A DNA stretch of 64,000 bases from Malacoraja senta. Lineage: Eukaryota. The DNA lies in assembly GCA_038087875.1 (NCBI GenBank), contig CM075978.1, positions 149,978,001-150,042,000 of the forward strand, written 5' to 3'. Below the pieces are notes generated by a model. That model did no database searches. It was not told the origin of the DNA and saw only the letters and a program-made list of their open reading frames with translations. Shown piece by piece: positions 36,451-48,511 of the stretch (its first letter is position 1; each line of letters starts with the position of its first letter). The position numbers and the translations under genes are program-made.

Positions 36451-38019
36451 GGCTCAAAGAACATTGTGGATGGAGGGGTAATATTCACCTTCACTGCCTG
36501 GGTGAAGAGCGAATTACCTTCCTGTCGGAGAACCAGCCTGATGTTATCCAAGATGCGCTGGTAATAATTACTCTACTATATTTACTCACAGCTGTCTTTG
36601 AAGCTATATAACTTTTTTTTTTGCAAGTCAGTTAAAGACAGCCAGGATTCCTTAGATATAAAGGTCGGTTTCATTTTATTTCCTAGTAAGTGCACGTGTT
36701 TGAGATGTAAATGTCTTCAGAAGGTTTTGTGCAGAAATTATTCATTCTCTTAACGGATTTTCCTCCATCCACACATCTACAAACACATACAGTGATTAGC
36801 AAAAGGGAAAAAAAACTGGTCTGTGACACAGCTGTTCTCCTGTGAACTGATACTACAAGAACAATCCCTCAAACCTGCCCAAGTTTACAGTATCTTTCCT
36901 ACCGACTAAACAAAATATTTGAAGCACCCACCTTTAAAATCGAAGCCTTTGCAAGCATCCCTAGCAGTTACCTTTTTAAATATCTCAGTAATGCATCCTG
37001 TACTATTTTTGCATTGTAGGCACATCTAATTATGTTTCTTAGGCATATGGGGATAGGCAATATATTTGCATGTAGATGGTTAACAAGCTAAATACATTAA
37101 TCTTCGCGCTTCTCTTTAAATGGCAAGTATGTTCTTGGACTTCTTGATAAGATCGGGTTTAAATATGAATGTAAGGGCTGTTTTATGCTGTGATGCAAGA
37201 TAACCTTGCATGATGGAGCTCCACAAGTCCTGAAGGCTTATAAAAATTGGCACTATGAAACGATGATCAGGTCAATGGATCAGACAGATGGGGGTAGAGG
37301 AGGGGAAAACTAATTTTGCTGCAGTTAATGGTGAGGAAACAAAGGCAGCGAAGGACTCCTTACTGCAGCAAAGCGCCAAAGCATCCTGCAGTCACGCATC
37401 ATTTAGTGTTACGCTAACACTCCTCAAGAGCTGTGAAACCATTACAGTAATGCGAAAACTGGCATGTTTAAACTCCCTCTTGGTCACGGGAAGGGCAAAC
37501 AAGGTGTGATTTTATCCTGGTTTTCTGTCATGCCGTACATGCTGGGTGTTTGCAGCTCCTGCTAAATCTGCTGGGAATTGGTCTCAAAGATTTGCATGCC
37601 CTTAACAACAGAACTTCACTGGACTGCTTATACTGTGACATTGCATTCAAAGAAGACAGGTTTTTTTTAATGAAAAGAGAGCTTCATTCTGTTCAACAGT
37701 TCCTTTGAGTATTTCAGCTGGTGATTTTTGTTTAGATTAAGTACAGGCTTTTAAAGGTTATTTTAAATTGGCAGTTTCCTCTGGCAATTTAAATTCAAGA
37801 AAAATGCTTGCAAATCCACCACATATTTTTCCTCCTTCTCTCCCCTAATATACTGACTCCTGCTAGTTCATTGTCAAAGAGTCATAGAATCATACAGCAT
37901 GGAAACTGCCTCCACCACCCTTTTAGGTAATGTATTCCTTATTGGCCACTAATTTAGGATAACAAAATCCTTGTCTACCAACCCACCAACAACTCTTTCT
38001 TAATACCTCACTACAGGAT

Positions 38020-38250
38020 TTGTCATAGTCATAGTGCCATACAGCATGGATACAGGCCCTTCGGCCCACCTCGTCCATGTCCTCTGCTTCGTGATTTTCC
38101 TACTCTGGGTAAAACACTTTGTGCATTCGCCCTATCTGTTCCCCTCATGATCTTCTACACCTCTATAAGATCACCTCTCAGCCTCCTGCACTCCAAGGAA
38201 TAAAGTCCTAGCCTGCCCAACCTTTCCCTATAGCGCAGCCCCTCAAGTCC
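38020..38250 (-). mobile_element. HER1/CR1-type LINE fragment
   Basis: Tail plus 'cacctctataagatcacctctcagcctcctgcactccaaggaataaagtcc'. Confidence 0.75.
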
Positions 38251-39029
38251 ATTGTGCTCAAGGAGCAATCTTCATTTGTGAGAGGAGACAGCAAGAGCTT
38301 AATAAAATATAGTGAGTGTAGGAGGGGAAGTCGGTAGTGTTGGAGCTAACACCAATCTTATCATCATCTAATATCATTCTCTGAAATCAGTGACAAAGGC
38401 AAGACTCACAATAAGATTCCCCCAAGTGAAGTACATTGCATATCCATTCCTCCTGGAGTTTGGGAAATGAACTGTTAAATTATATATTCAGAGGTGCATA
38501 AAAGTAGGTACAGGCAGTACATAATAATATCAGTTAGTGACATAAAGTCTAGCCCTATAGATGGATTTTAAAGAAGAAAAAATATGTCTGGAACCCAAGC
38601 TGTAGCTGAGGATGCATTTGAGACCAGAGTCAGAGTTCAGGAGAGATAGACCTGCGTGAGGTTGTGGTTACAAGAGCTGGAGGGTGGCAAAGATAAGAAG
38701 GTGCATGGTCATAAAAGGATTTAGTTATAATGGTGAATATGTTGACGGAGGTAGCAGGTCTGGATCCTAATGAGATTGTCATTTAGAAAATAAGAACATG
38801 CGAGGGATTTGATACAGCAATGAAGACAAAGTAACAGCGGGTCAGGCAGCGTCTCAGGAGAACATAGATAGATGACGCTTTGGGACAGGACCATTTTTCA
38901 ATCTGCAGAAGGGGTTCCAACTATCCATGTTCTCCAGAGATGCTGCCTGACCTCCCGATCTACTCCAATACTTTGTCTTTTCTGGAAAATAATATAGCCA
39001 TGTACTAGTGAGTAATTTTGGGTCAGACT

Positions 39030-39063
39030 CAGTCTGATGAAGGGTCTCGACCCGAAACGTCAC
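39030..39063 (+). ncRNA. Minimal type I hammerhead ribozyme-like motif with canonical CUGAUGA and GUC site
   Basis: cagt-CTGATGA(39034-39040)-a-GGGT-CTCG-ACCC-GAAA(39054-39057)-CG-TC-ac, inside a Penelope terminal repeat. Confidence 0.65.
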
Positions 39064-39081
39064 CCATTCCTTCTATTCAGA

Positions 39082-39317
39082 TGTAGCAGCACCTGCTGGT
39101 GCCCGCAAGTAATCGAACCCTGCGGTCAGGTGCTTTGGTCGCGTGACTATGGGGAGGGGTTGGTGTTCGTGCACTTTCTGGGCGATGCCCCTTCAGTCGT
39201 CCTCGACCACTGTTGTGGTTTGACCTTTGTATTGGCTGTGTTGTGTTACTCCGTTGATTTCTTAATTTTGTTAATAAAACTGATTTTGGAAATCGACTCT
39301 CGTCTCAACCCGCCAAA
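39082..39317 (+). repeat. 5' LTR
   Basis: TGTAGCAG...CCGCCAAA, contains AATAAA. 17 substitutions and no indels versus the 3' LTR by manual alignment. Confidence 0.97.
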
Positions 39318-39318
39318 T

Positions 39319-39330
39319 TGGTGACCCCGA
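39319..39330 (+). promoter_or_regulatory. Primer-binding site complementary to the tRNA-Trp 3' end
   Basis: TGGTGACCCCGA, 1 nt after the LTR; equals the first 12 nt of the tRNA-Trp PBS. Confidence 0.85.
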
Positions 39331-39358
39331 TGCGCCCAATCGATAATTGGACGCCAGC

Positions 39359-40390
39359 ATGCAGGGTAACTACGCTCCTGCCGCCGCTGCCGCCGCCCAT
39401 CAGAACGCCGTCAGCCTCAAACTGCATGTGTTTTGGCCTGATCAGCCGCAAGTGTGGTTCCCACACGTTGAGGCACAGTTTCATTTGTGCCGCATCGTCG
39501 CAGACGAAACAAAATACTTCCATGTGGTGGGAGCCCTGCCGCAAGAGTCCGCCTCCCATCTGCTGCCTTATCTGAGGGATCCTCCCGCGATCGCCAAATA
39601 CGACGGCCTCAAGGCGCTCCTGTTACACACCTTCGGGCTCAGCCGCTGGGACCGTGCTGCCCGCATCCTACACATGGACGGTTTGGGGGATCGCAGGCCG
39701 TCCGTCCTCATGGCCGAGATGCTCGCACTCATGGACGGCCATCGCCCGTGCCTGTTGTTCGAACAGGCTTTTCTGGAGCAGATGCCCAACGATGTCCGCC
39801 TAATGCTCGCCGGCGCAGCTCGCGGAACGGGCCGACGAGCTCTGGGTGACTAAGCACCACGATATCTGCGCCATTAACCGCGCGCTCGCACGAGCACTTC
39901 TTCCGCCTCGGCGGCTCCGCGAGGAGGGCCCGCCCACGTCTTCCAGCGAAGAACCACAGCAGCATCCCGAGACTCGCGGTAGACACCGTTGGTGTTACTA
40001 TTACCTCTGCTACGGCGCGGAGGCTCGACGCTGCCGCCCACCCTGCACGTTTCAGGGAAATGCCTCGGCCGATCGTCTGTTCGGCCCAAACAACAGCCTC
40101 TATGTCTGCGACCGCCATTCCGGCCGCCGTTTCCTGGTAGACTCCGGTGCGATCGTCAGCATCCTTCCCCCGACCGGCCGTGACAATCGTGCTGGTAAGC
40201 GGGGCCCCGTTCTCTCGGCCGTGAACGGGAGCAACATCCGAACGTACGGTACGCGGACCCTTACGCTCACTTTCGACTCCCGCCCGTACAAGTGGACGTT
40301 TATCGTCGCGAACGTCGCCCAGCCCATCTTGGAGGCCAATTTTCTCCGCACTTTCTCCCTCCTCGTCGATTTGTGGGGCGGTTGTATGAT
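39359..40390 (+). pseudogene. Gypsy gag-like protein and aspartic protease (frameshifted)
   Basis: VSLKLHVFWPDQPQVWFPHVEAQF (gag N-terminus), WCYYYLCYGAEARRCRPPC (degenerate Zn knuckle), FLVDSGAIVSILP (protease active site). Confidence 0.9.
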
Positions 40391-40527
40391 TCCGCGGTCG
40401 GCCGTCGGCTCCACTGCGCCGCGGATCCCGCCCCGCCCGTCCCGTAGCCCAGCGCCGTCGCTGTGGTCGAGGGCCCGTACACCGCCTTACTGTACGCTTT
40501 TCCCGAGCTCCTTACGCCCAGTTTCTG

Positions 40528-41700
40528 GGGGGATGGAGAACTTGCGGTGATTACCGGCGTCTGGACGCGGTAACCACGGCAGACCGTTACCCGGTGCCTC
40601 ACATCCAGGATTTCTCTACGCACCTCGAGGGCACTGCGTTCCTCTCGAACTGCCTTGCGGTGCGGCCAGTACCGTGGTCCTGTGCAACGTCTCCACGGGG
40701 CACGCCCGCCCGGTCATCCCCGTTAGTTGGAGACGGCGGGTTTTCAACGCTATTCGTGGCCTGGCCCACCCGTCCATACGTGCGATGTCTGCACTCTTGG
40801 CAGCTAAGTTCGTCTGGCACGGGCTCCGCAAGCTGGTGGCTGCCTGGGCTGACGCCTGTATCACGTGTCAGACCTCCAAGATCCAACGGCACGTACGGCC
40901 GCCGGTGCAGGAGTTCGCAGTTCCCGAGGGAAGGTACCTGGTGGGTCCCTTGCCACAGTCCCGCGGCGCCACTGCTCATCATCGTGGACCGTTTTACACG
41001 GTGGCCGGATACCTCTGCCGAGGCCTGCGCCCGGGCTATGGCGGCCCACTGGATCACCAGGTTCGGGGTGCCCTCCGACAGTTCCACGGACCGAGGTGCA
41101 CAGTTCACCTATTCCTTGTGGTCGGCCCTGGCGCAGCTCTACGGCGCCCGGTTGCACCACACGACCGCCTACCACCCGCAAATTAATGGGCTGGTCGAAA
41201 GGTTTCATCGACACCTTAAGTCAGCACTGAAGCTGCCCTGGGTCCTCCTTGGCACCAACTGCCCTGGGTCCTCCTTGGCATCCACACTACGCCTAAAGAG
41301 GATTTGGCTGCTTCCTCGGCCGAGCCCGTGTGTGGCTCGGCCCTGCAGGTACCCGGGGATTTCCTGCCCGCCGCCCGCGGGAAGTCACATCAGCCCCGGC
41401 GTTGCTGGCCGGCCTTCGTGACCGGAAGCGCACGTTGGCCCCTGTCCCCACTTACAGGCATGGTTCGTCCGCGGTACATGTGCCTGCGGTGTTACAAAAG
41501 TGAGCCTATGTTTTCAGCCGCAGGGGCACTCACCGCTCGCCGTTGCAGCAGGTCTATGAATGGTCTTTCCTGGTGCTGCGAGCCGGAGTCGCCACGTTCA
41601 CGTTGGACGTGGGTGGCCGGGAGGAGTTCGTCTCCGTCGGCCATCTTAATCCCGCTCACGTGGGTGTGGACAGCCTGGTGGACGTTGCTGCACCGCAACG
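40528..41700 (+). pseudogene. Gypsy pol remnant: ~40-codon RT N-terminal stub joined to a frameshifted integrase
   Basis: GGWRTCGDYRRLDAVTTADRYPVPHIQDF, then GLAHPSIRAM...ACITCQTSK (Zn finger), IVDRFTRWP, TDRGAQFT and TTAYHPQINGLVERFHRHLK. Confidence 0.92.
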
Positions 41701-41953
41701 TAGAGGTCATCTGCCGGCCGTTTCGCCCATACTGTGTACGCCTTTTCCAACCCCCACGGTGCCTGTTGCGTTTTCGCCCACTTCCGGTTTTGTTTCATCG
41801 GCCCCCCACGTTATGCCCATTCCAATTTCGTGGTCCTCGCGTCCTCCCGGCCTTGTTTTGCCAGCCCCTCGTGTTACGCCCGCACCATTTTGGCGAACCA
41901 CACGTTCCGGACGTCTCATCCGGGTCCGTGCTCGGTTCCGTACCTCGCGTTCT

Positions 41954-41964
41954 GGGGGGGGGGG
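41954..41964 (+). promoter_or_regulatory. Polypurine tract
   Basis: G11 run 3 nt upstream of the 3' LTR. Confidence 0.85.
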
Positions 41965-41967
41965 CCT

Positions 41968-42203
41968 TGTAGCGGCACCTGCTGGTGCCCGCATGTAATA
42001 GAACCCTGCGGTTAGGTGCTTCGGTCACGTGACTATGGGGAGGGGTTGGTGTTCCCGCGCTTTCTGGGCGATGCCCCTTCAGTCATTCTCGACCACCGAT
42101 GTGGTTTGACCTTTGTATTGGCTGTTTTGTGTTACTCCATTGATTTCGTCATTTTGTTAATAAAACTGATTTTGGAAATCGACTCTCGTCTCAACCCGCC
42201 AAA
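41968..42203 (+). repeat. 3' LTR
   Basis: TGTAGCGG...CCGCCAAA, followed by the TSD and resumption of the host Penelope repeat 'gatgctgc...gctgagttactc'. Confidence 0.97.
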
Positions 42204-42309
42204 CAGAGATGCTGCTTATCCCGCTGAGTTACTCTAGCATTTTGTATCTATCTTCAAGACTTCTAAGACGTTATGTGTTTCCATGAGATCACCTTTTATT
42301 CTTCTTAAT

Positions 42310-42585
42310 GCGGCACAGTGGGGCAGCTGGTAGACCTGCTACCTCACCCGGATTCAATCCCGAACTTGGGTGAGGTCTTTGGGAAGTTTACAGTTTCTCT
42401 CTACCTCTGTGTGGGTTTTCCCTGGGTGCTCCGATTTCCTCCCATATCCCAAACAAGTGCGGGTTTGTAGGTTAATTGTCCTCTGTAAATTGCCCCTTTG
42501 TGTATAGGGAGTGGACACGAAAGTGGGTGACATAGAACTGGTGTGAACAGGTGATCGATGGTCGGCTGAAGGGTCCGTTTCAATT
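42310..42585 (+). mobile_element. HE1-like V-SINE
   Basis: Head, core and tail motifs. Confidence 0.75.
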
Positions 42586-43144
42586 CAATTCAATTTATTT
42601 CAAGTCTAGAGAGTATAGGCCCTGTCTGCTTAATCACTTTTACAGCATTTGACATGTTCATCTTCCAAACCAACATCAATTATTTTTAATGAAGAAAGAC
42701 ATCATAATTATATTACAGGAAACATTAAATGAGAAGGGAATGAGCTTCAGATGTAAGTAAGTTGTTTCTCTTTTGATTTGAACTGACTGGACATAAACCA
42801 ACTTGAGCTTATCTGTAATCTACACTTGAACATCAATTGATATACCTAGAATTGTTCTAAATATTCTTTGCATGATCTTTATATTAACGGATTTAGAGCT
42901 CCACTGAACATTTTGATTTTCAATCATTATTTTCTGTTGATATGGCAGCTTGTTTTGAAAGAATATATCATAACCCTATTCTACCTATTGAAGGACCACT
43001 TGAGTGAGTGATTTGCAAAAAATTGGATTGCATTAACCCTTATATTTGACAGCAATGTGGGTGGGGGATTTATGTGTGGTGTGTGTGTAGGCCACTGAAC
43101 ACTGAGGCTACCGCTGTGATTCACTTGACAAAATGGTGCCATGG

Positions 43145-44180
43145 ATTCATCGAGTCAAACAGCACAAAACAGGCCCTTCCGCCCAACTTGTCCATGCTGA
43201 CCTAGATGTCCTATCTATGCTAGTTCCACCTGTCCCTGTTTGACGCGTATCCCACTAACTTTTTCCTATCAGGAGTCAAGGACCTGGTCTACAGGGAGAG
43301 ATTGAGCAGGCTAGGACTTTATTCCTTAGAGTGCTGGAGGATGAGGGATGGTCTTATAGAGGTGTATATGATCATGAGGGGAATAGATAGGGTAAATGCA
43401 CAGTCTTTTACCCAGAGTTGAGGAATCATGAACCAGAGGACATAGATTTAAGGTGAGAGGAGAAAGATTTAATAGGGATCTGATAGGGAACATTTTTACA
43501 CAAAGGGCGGTAGGCATATGGAACGAGCTGCAAGAGGAAATGGTTGAGGCAGATACTATCACAACATTTAAAAAACATTTGGACAGGTACATGGATTGCA
43601 TAGGTTTAGAGGGATATGGGCCAAACGCAGGCAGGTGGGACTAGTGTAGATGAGGCATGTTGGTCGGCGTGGGCAAGTTTTCCGAAGGGCCTGTTTCCAC
43701 ACAGTATGACTATGACTATCCATATACCATAATGACTAGTGATCCAGTTTTTATAGATAACTTCAAATATGTCTACACAGACCAGGAAAACATAAAGAGA
43801 TGTGGAAAATTAATGTGTACCTCATTGGAATCTCTCGGACTATCTTTAATCAGAGTTTACTGGACTTTACCTTGCACTAAATATTATTCCCTTCCCCTGA
43901 TCTGAACTTGCCATACATTGTGTTGTTGGCCATGCAAATGACATGGCCCACACATGGTAAATGGAGTGAGTGTACGGAATAAGCTACCAGAGGAGGTAGT
44001 TGAGGAAGATAATATAACGGCAACCTTTAAAAGACACTTGGATAGATACATGGCTAGGAAACGTTTAGAGATATGGGCCAAGCAAGGGGAATGGGACAGC
44101 GTTAGATGGGGAATCTTGGTCTACATGAATGAGTTGGTCTGAAGGGCCTTTTTTTATGTTGTATGGCTCTATGACTATGA
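43145..44180. mobile_element. Cluster of HER1/CR1-type LINE 3' ends (43145-43270 minus; 43285-43720 plus; 43960-44180 plus)
   Basis: RGERFNRDLIGNIFTQRAVGIWNEL...FKKHLDRYMD; tail 'gaagggcctgtttcc...(tatgac)n' shared with the SINE. Confidence 0.85.
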
Positions 44181-44399
44181 AAAACTTGTAGTGAGATATT
44201 AAGAAAGAGTGTTGGTGGTTTGATAGTTGAGGATTTTGTCATCCTAGGGTAGTGGACAGTACAGAATACATTACCTGAAAGGGTGGTGGAGGCAGCTATC
44301 TTTATTATATTTAAAAATACTTATTTGAGCATTTGCATGACCTGTGCCTACAGACTATTGCCTAGAGACCAGTAACAAGGGACTAGATATGCATATGCT

Positions 44400-44648
44400 G
44401 CATAAAACTGCACATGCTGCAATTGTGAGCAAAACACAAAATGCTGGAGGAACTCAGCGGATCAGGTAACATCGCTGGAGAAATGGGCAGATGACGTTTC
44501 ATGTTGGGGGGCCTTCTCCAGAGAGACGGGTTCTGACCTGAGATGTTGTCTATCCATTCCTTCCACAGATGCTGCCTGACCCACTGAGTTACTCCAACAC
44601 TAGGTGCTTTGCTAAATATTTCCAGCATCTGTAGTTCCTGTGTCTCCA
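44400..44648. mobile_element. Penelope-like fold-back insertion
   Basis: Inverted arms 'cacaaaatgctggaggaactcagcgg' and 'ccactgagttactccaacac...cagcatctgtagttcc'. Confidence 0.75.
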
Positions 44649-44815
44649 TAACTGATACCCTCTTCTCCATCCCTACACAATCAGGGGGCACTCACCATGG
44701 CTAATAGGGTCATAGAAAGATGCAGCAGGAATCACAGAGGGAGAGAGGGTCTCACAGAACAACCATCAGAGAGAGGAGGTGAACTTCTTCAAAGTCTCCT
44801 GTACATTCTCCTGTG

Positions 44816-45108
44816 TGTGGCACGGTGGCGCAGCAATAGAGCTGCTGCCTTACAGCGCCAGAGGCTCGGGTTCGATCCTGACTACAGGTGCTGTCTTTAC
44901 AGACTTTGCACGTTCTCCCTGTGACCATGTGTGTTTCCTCCGGGTGCTCCGCTTTCCTCCCACATTCCAAAAACATGTGGGTTTGTAGGTTAATTGGCTT
45001 ATGTAAATTGTCCCAAGAGTGTAGGATAGAACTAGTGTACGGGGTGATTGTTGGTCAGCATGGGCCGATGGACCTGTTTTCACACTGTGCCTCTAAATGA
45101 AACTAAAC
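44816..45108 (+). mobile_element. HE1-like V-SINE, full length
   Basis: A-box-like TGGCGCAGC and B-box GGTTCGATCC (44869-44878), core and tail. Confidence 0.88.
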
Positions 45109-46455
45109 ATTCCCTCCATAGATACTGCCTGACCTGCTGAATCCCTCCAGCACTTTGTGTTTTGAAGGAGGTGGGATCTATCTGATTAGAATTTCTAACT
45201 TGGCAGGGCGAAACAGCCTCTTTCACTGCTGTAGACTTTTATGAATCCATGATTCCCGAAGGTCTGGATAGGAATTTTAGCACTTAGGTGCCTATGCTGT
45301 TGAAGGCACGGATATTGTGTGTGGGAGGCATTGGAATAGATTCCAATGTATTAACCACAAAATTCCTCCCAATGGAAACAAAAGAATTGCTACTACTTTT
45401 TTAGAAATATTACATCTTGGATGGATGACTTTCCTGGAGAATGCTCACCAGCAAGCAAACTACTGGTAGTGTTAAATTCTGTCAATATTTTTACAACTGC
45501 ATGAGAGGTAGAAAAACAAATACATTTCTGTGCAGCCAGAAATGCTGCTGGTTTTGGTGGTGAAATTCCGTTTTCAAAGCCACATTAAACATTTTTGTCA
45601 GCACCGAACAGCAAAAGAAAAAAAGTCCAGATTAACCGGTCATTTCATTTCATTGCGGGATCATGCGTATTTCTGTTTATCTACAGTCACCACACTGATG
45701 ATTAGTTTAGTGTGAATTTAACGTCAGAGATTCTGAAGTGATTAATCAACTATAAGGAAGTTCAATGAGACTGCGCAGCAAGAGAAGGCAGCGATGCTGA
45801 TTTGAGAAGTTGTTCACCTTTAGGGTGTTGGAGGGTTGGGAATCTCTTGCTGTTCCTTGAGTCATGGAGCGATAGAGCATGGAAGCAGGCCCTCCAGCCC
45901 ACCAACTCAATGCTGACCATCAAGAACACATTTTCGACTCTAATCCATTTAATTCTTCCTACATTTACATCAACATTCCCCCAGGATCTGATATTCATCT
46001 ACATAATAAGTGCAATTAACATTGGTCTGTTAACCTTACATCTTGGAGACACAGGATGTAAGGTCTGAAGATTCCCAGCAGGCCCTCGTTCTGTTTTTTT
46101 CCTGCAGCTCTGGGCCTCACTCACCCAGGCCTGCAATAGACCGTAACTTTATTTTCCGTCAGATCCACAAAGAATCAGTGTCAAGAAGTATCAACCGACT
46201 CGAAATATCAACTATACATTTTCTCTGGAAATATTCCTCATGTCTCCTCATTGCTCTGGGTATGGAGTCACTTACATGCCAGACCAAAATGGACAGCAGA
46301 CTTTCTACCTTGAAGGATATTAGTGAATCAGATGGATTTTTATGAAAGTCCAGAAGTTTCATGGTTACAATTACCAATGCTAATATGTTTACCTCAAATA
46401 TATGTAATCAACTGATTATAATTCTCCAACTGCTGGGAAAAGATTTGAACCCACA

Positions 46456-46564
46456 TGTTGAAATGATCACTCACACATAGTGATTAGAATCCATAGTCTT
46501 TTATTAGCAACTCTACGGAGGAAACACTAAGTGCTTCCATCTCCATGCATTCAGCTAGTCTAAC

Positions 46565-46598
<34 letters not shown>

Positions 46599-46730
46599 TC
46601 ACTATCAAGCCTGTGGGTGGATCAGCAGTATGAGTGACATAAGGAATGTGCAGCATGCATAATCTGTGTGGTAACATATATATATATATATATATAGTAC
46701 TAACACACTAATCTACATCCCCCCTCTTAA
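46456..46730 (-). mobile_element. Orphan 3' LTR with PPT, containing (GA)n and (TA)n microsatellites
   Basis: Minus strand: AAGAGGGGGGA, then TGTAGA (46717) ... AATAAA ... TTCAACA (46456). Confidence 0.6.
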
Positions 46731-46804
46731 AGAATTAAATGCAAATGTAATTCTACTGATTATACAGAGCACGATGTGTGAGTCTGATCTCTGGATCGTT
46801 AGGA

Positions 46805-47010
46805 AAACACAATGTGCTGGAGTAACTCAGCGGGTTGGACAACATCTGTGGAAGGAATAGATAGTCAACCTTTCGGTTTGGGAGAATTCTTCAGACTGAC
46901 CTAAAACGCTGCCTGTCCATTCCCTCCACGGATCCCACCTGGCCCTCTGAGTCATTCCAGCATTGTGTGCTTCGCTCAAGATTCCAGCGTCTGCAATTCC
47001 TTGCATCTCT
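46805..47010. mobile_element. Penelope-like fold-back insertion (older)
   Basis: Inverted arms pivoting at 'ttcttcagactgacctaaaacgc'. Confidence 0.7.
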
Positions 47011-47861
47011 GGGCCATTGTATCTCTGGTCCAGCCCACTGGATTATTTCCACACATGCCACATACCTCCAGAAAGACCTTTGTCCAAATCAAATCTTTTA
47101 TTCGAAAATGGAACATTAGCTCAATGATTATGCAATCTCAAAATAACTGTCATACTGAAAATGTAAAAAAGAAATCCACCCCTCTGTTACATGCACTGCT
47201 GAGGCTGTTCGTTCGTGCTTAATAGGTCAAGGAAGTGGTTAAAATATTGTTAAAGAGCAACAACACTCCAACATCAGTCTTCCTTTTTAACCGGATGGCT
47301 TATTTTCTCCTTCATTTAGTAGCTGAATGTTTCCGATGTTTGATATTTCTTCTGCTACAGTATTCCTTGCCCCCAGGGTGATGTCACATCATTTTCTTAT
47401 TACAGAGTACGAGTAAATCATATAATCAGATATTTAATTCCTGCTTAAAATTCAGTCTCTGCTGTGCCCAGTTCCCAACCCTTATTTGCTCACTGTTAAG
47501 TGAGAGTGAAGTCCTAACTAAATGTACGGATTGGCCCGATACTTATTTGACAGACAAAACCACTGTTGCACTTCCTGATTACTTAAATAAATTGGTAGAT
47601 AACTGTCACATCTATAACATGTTAGTAAAGACCAAGGCTCTGTGGGGGAGGATCACAGTCTAGGGTCCTTCTGTGGCAGGACATTGGGGGGCAAGGTCTG
47701 GTGGAGATGCCCCTCAGACAAGTGAAAGGATATCACCCCAGTGGGCCACATGAGTGGAAAAGATGCTTTGTATAAGGATTGTTTGTAAACACTCCCGAAT
47801 ATGGCACTAATGAATGATGAATGTATGTATAGGTGCTGAGAATGTCAGAAGAATTTCTGTA

Positions 47862-48140
47862 CTTTAGTTTTAGTTAGAAGTTTAGAGATACGGCACGGAA
47901 ACAGGCCATTCGGCCCACGGCCGACCAGCGATCCCCTCACACTTACACTATCCTACACACACTAGGGACAAGTTACAATTATACCTACCCAATTAGTCTA
48001 CAAACTTGTACGTCTTTGAAGTGTGGGAGGAAACCGGAGATCCCAAAGAAAACCCACGCAGGTCACGGGAAGAATATACAAACTCCGTAAAGACAAGCAC
48101 CCGTAGCCAAAATCGAACTCGGGTCTCTGCCGCTGTAAGG
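47862..48140 (-). mobile_element. HE1-like V-SINE
   Basis: Reverse-strand tail and core. Confidence 0.8.
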
Positions 48141-48511
48141 CTTTGTATGTATTTTTTTATTATTCTGAAATAAAGTTTATTTTTAGAAAAACAAATCTGG
48201 AAGCTTTGGTCCCTCAGCAAATTACAATCTGTGGCTTGGATGTAAAGAAAAGTGTAAGCAATTCTTTATTTGTGACTTATCTATAACTTATTAGTAAAAT
48301 CACTGGACTGTTCCCCAACTGACAAAAGAAGTACTCCAGATTGCCATGATAAACTGTACGAAGGTTAAAAAGTATCAATGCTTTTCAGCAATCATTATTA
48401 TATCAGGAGCAATGACTGAATATAACATCAGTCATAAAGCAATTCAATAAACAGCCACTGTCACAGCCTGGACATGAAGAATAGGTGTCTGAATGAGTTG
48501 TCAATGGGTAA

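Larger units (their letters stand above)
39082..42203 (+). mobile_element. Gypsy/Ty3 LTR retrotransposon, internally deleted and non-autonomous
   Basis: Two 236-bp LTRs, TSD CAGA (39078-39081 and 42204-42207), PBS, PPT, and gag-PR-(RT)-IN domain order. Confidence 0.97.

Noticed and set aside
39300-42000. CpG-island-like region as a host promoter
   Set aside because: The GC-rich stretch lies entirely inside the Gypsy element.
44816-44890. tRNA gene-like A/B boxes here and in about 20 other places
   Set aside because: They are SINE heads continuing into the V-core and CR1-type tail, not stand-alone tRNA genes.
46100-46230. Possible exon (minus-strand donor GG|GTGAGT, plus-strand pyrimidine tract)
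   Set aside because: All minus-strand frames from the nearby acceptors hit stops, and no consistent donor/acceptor pair was found.
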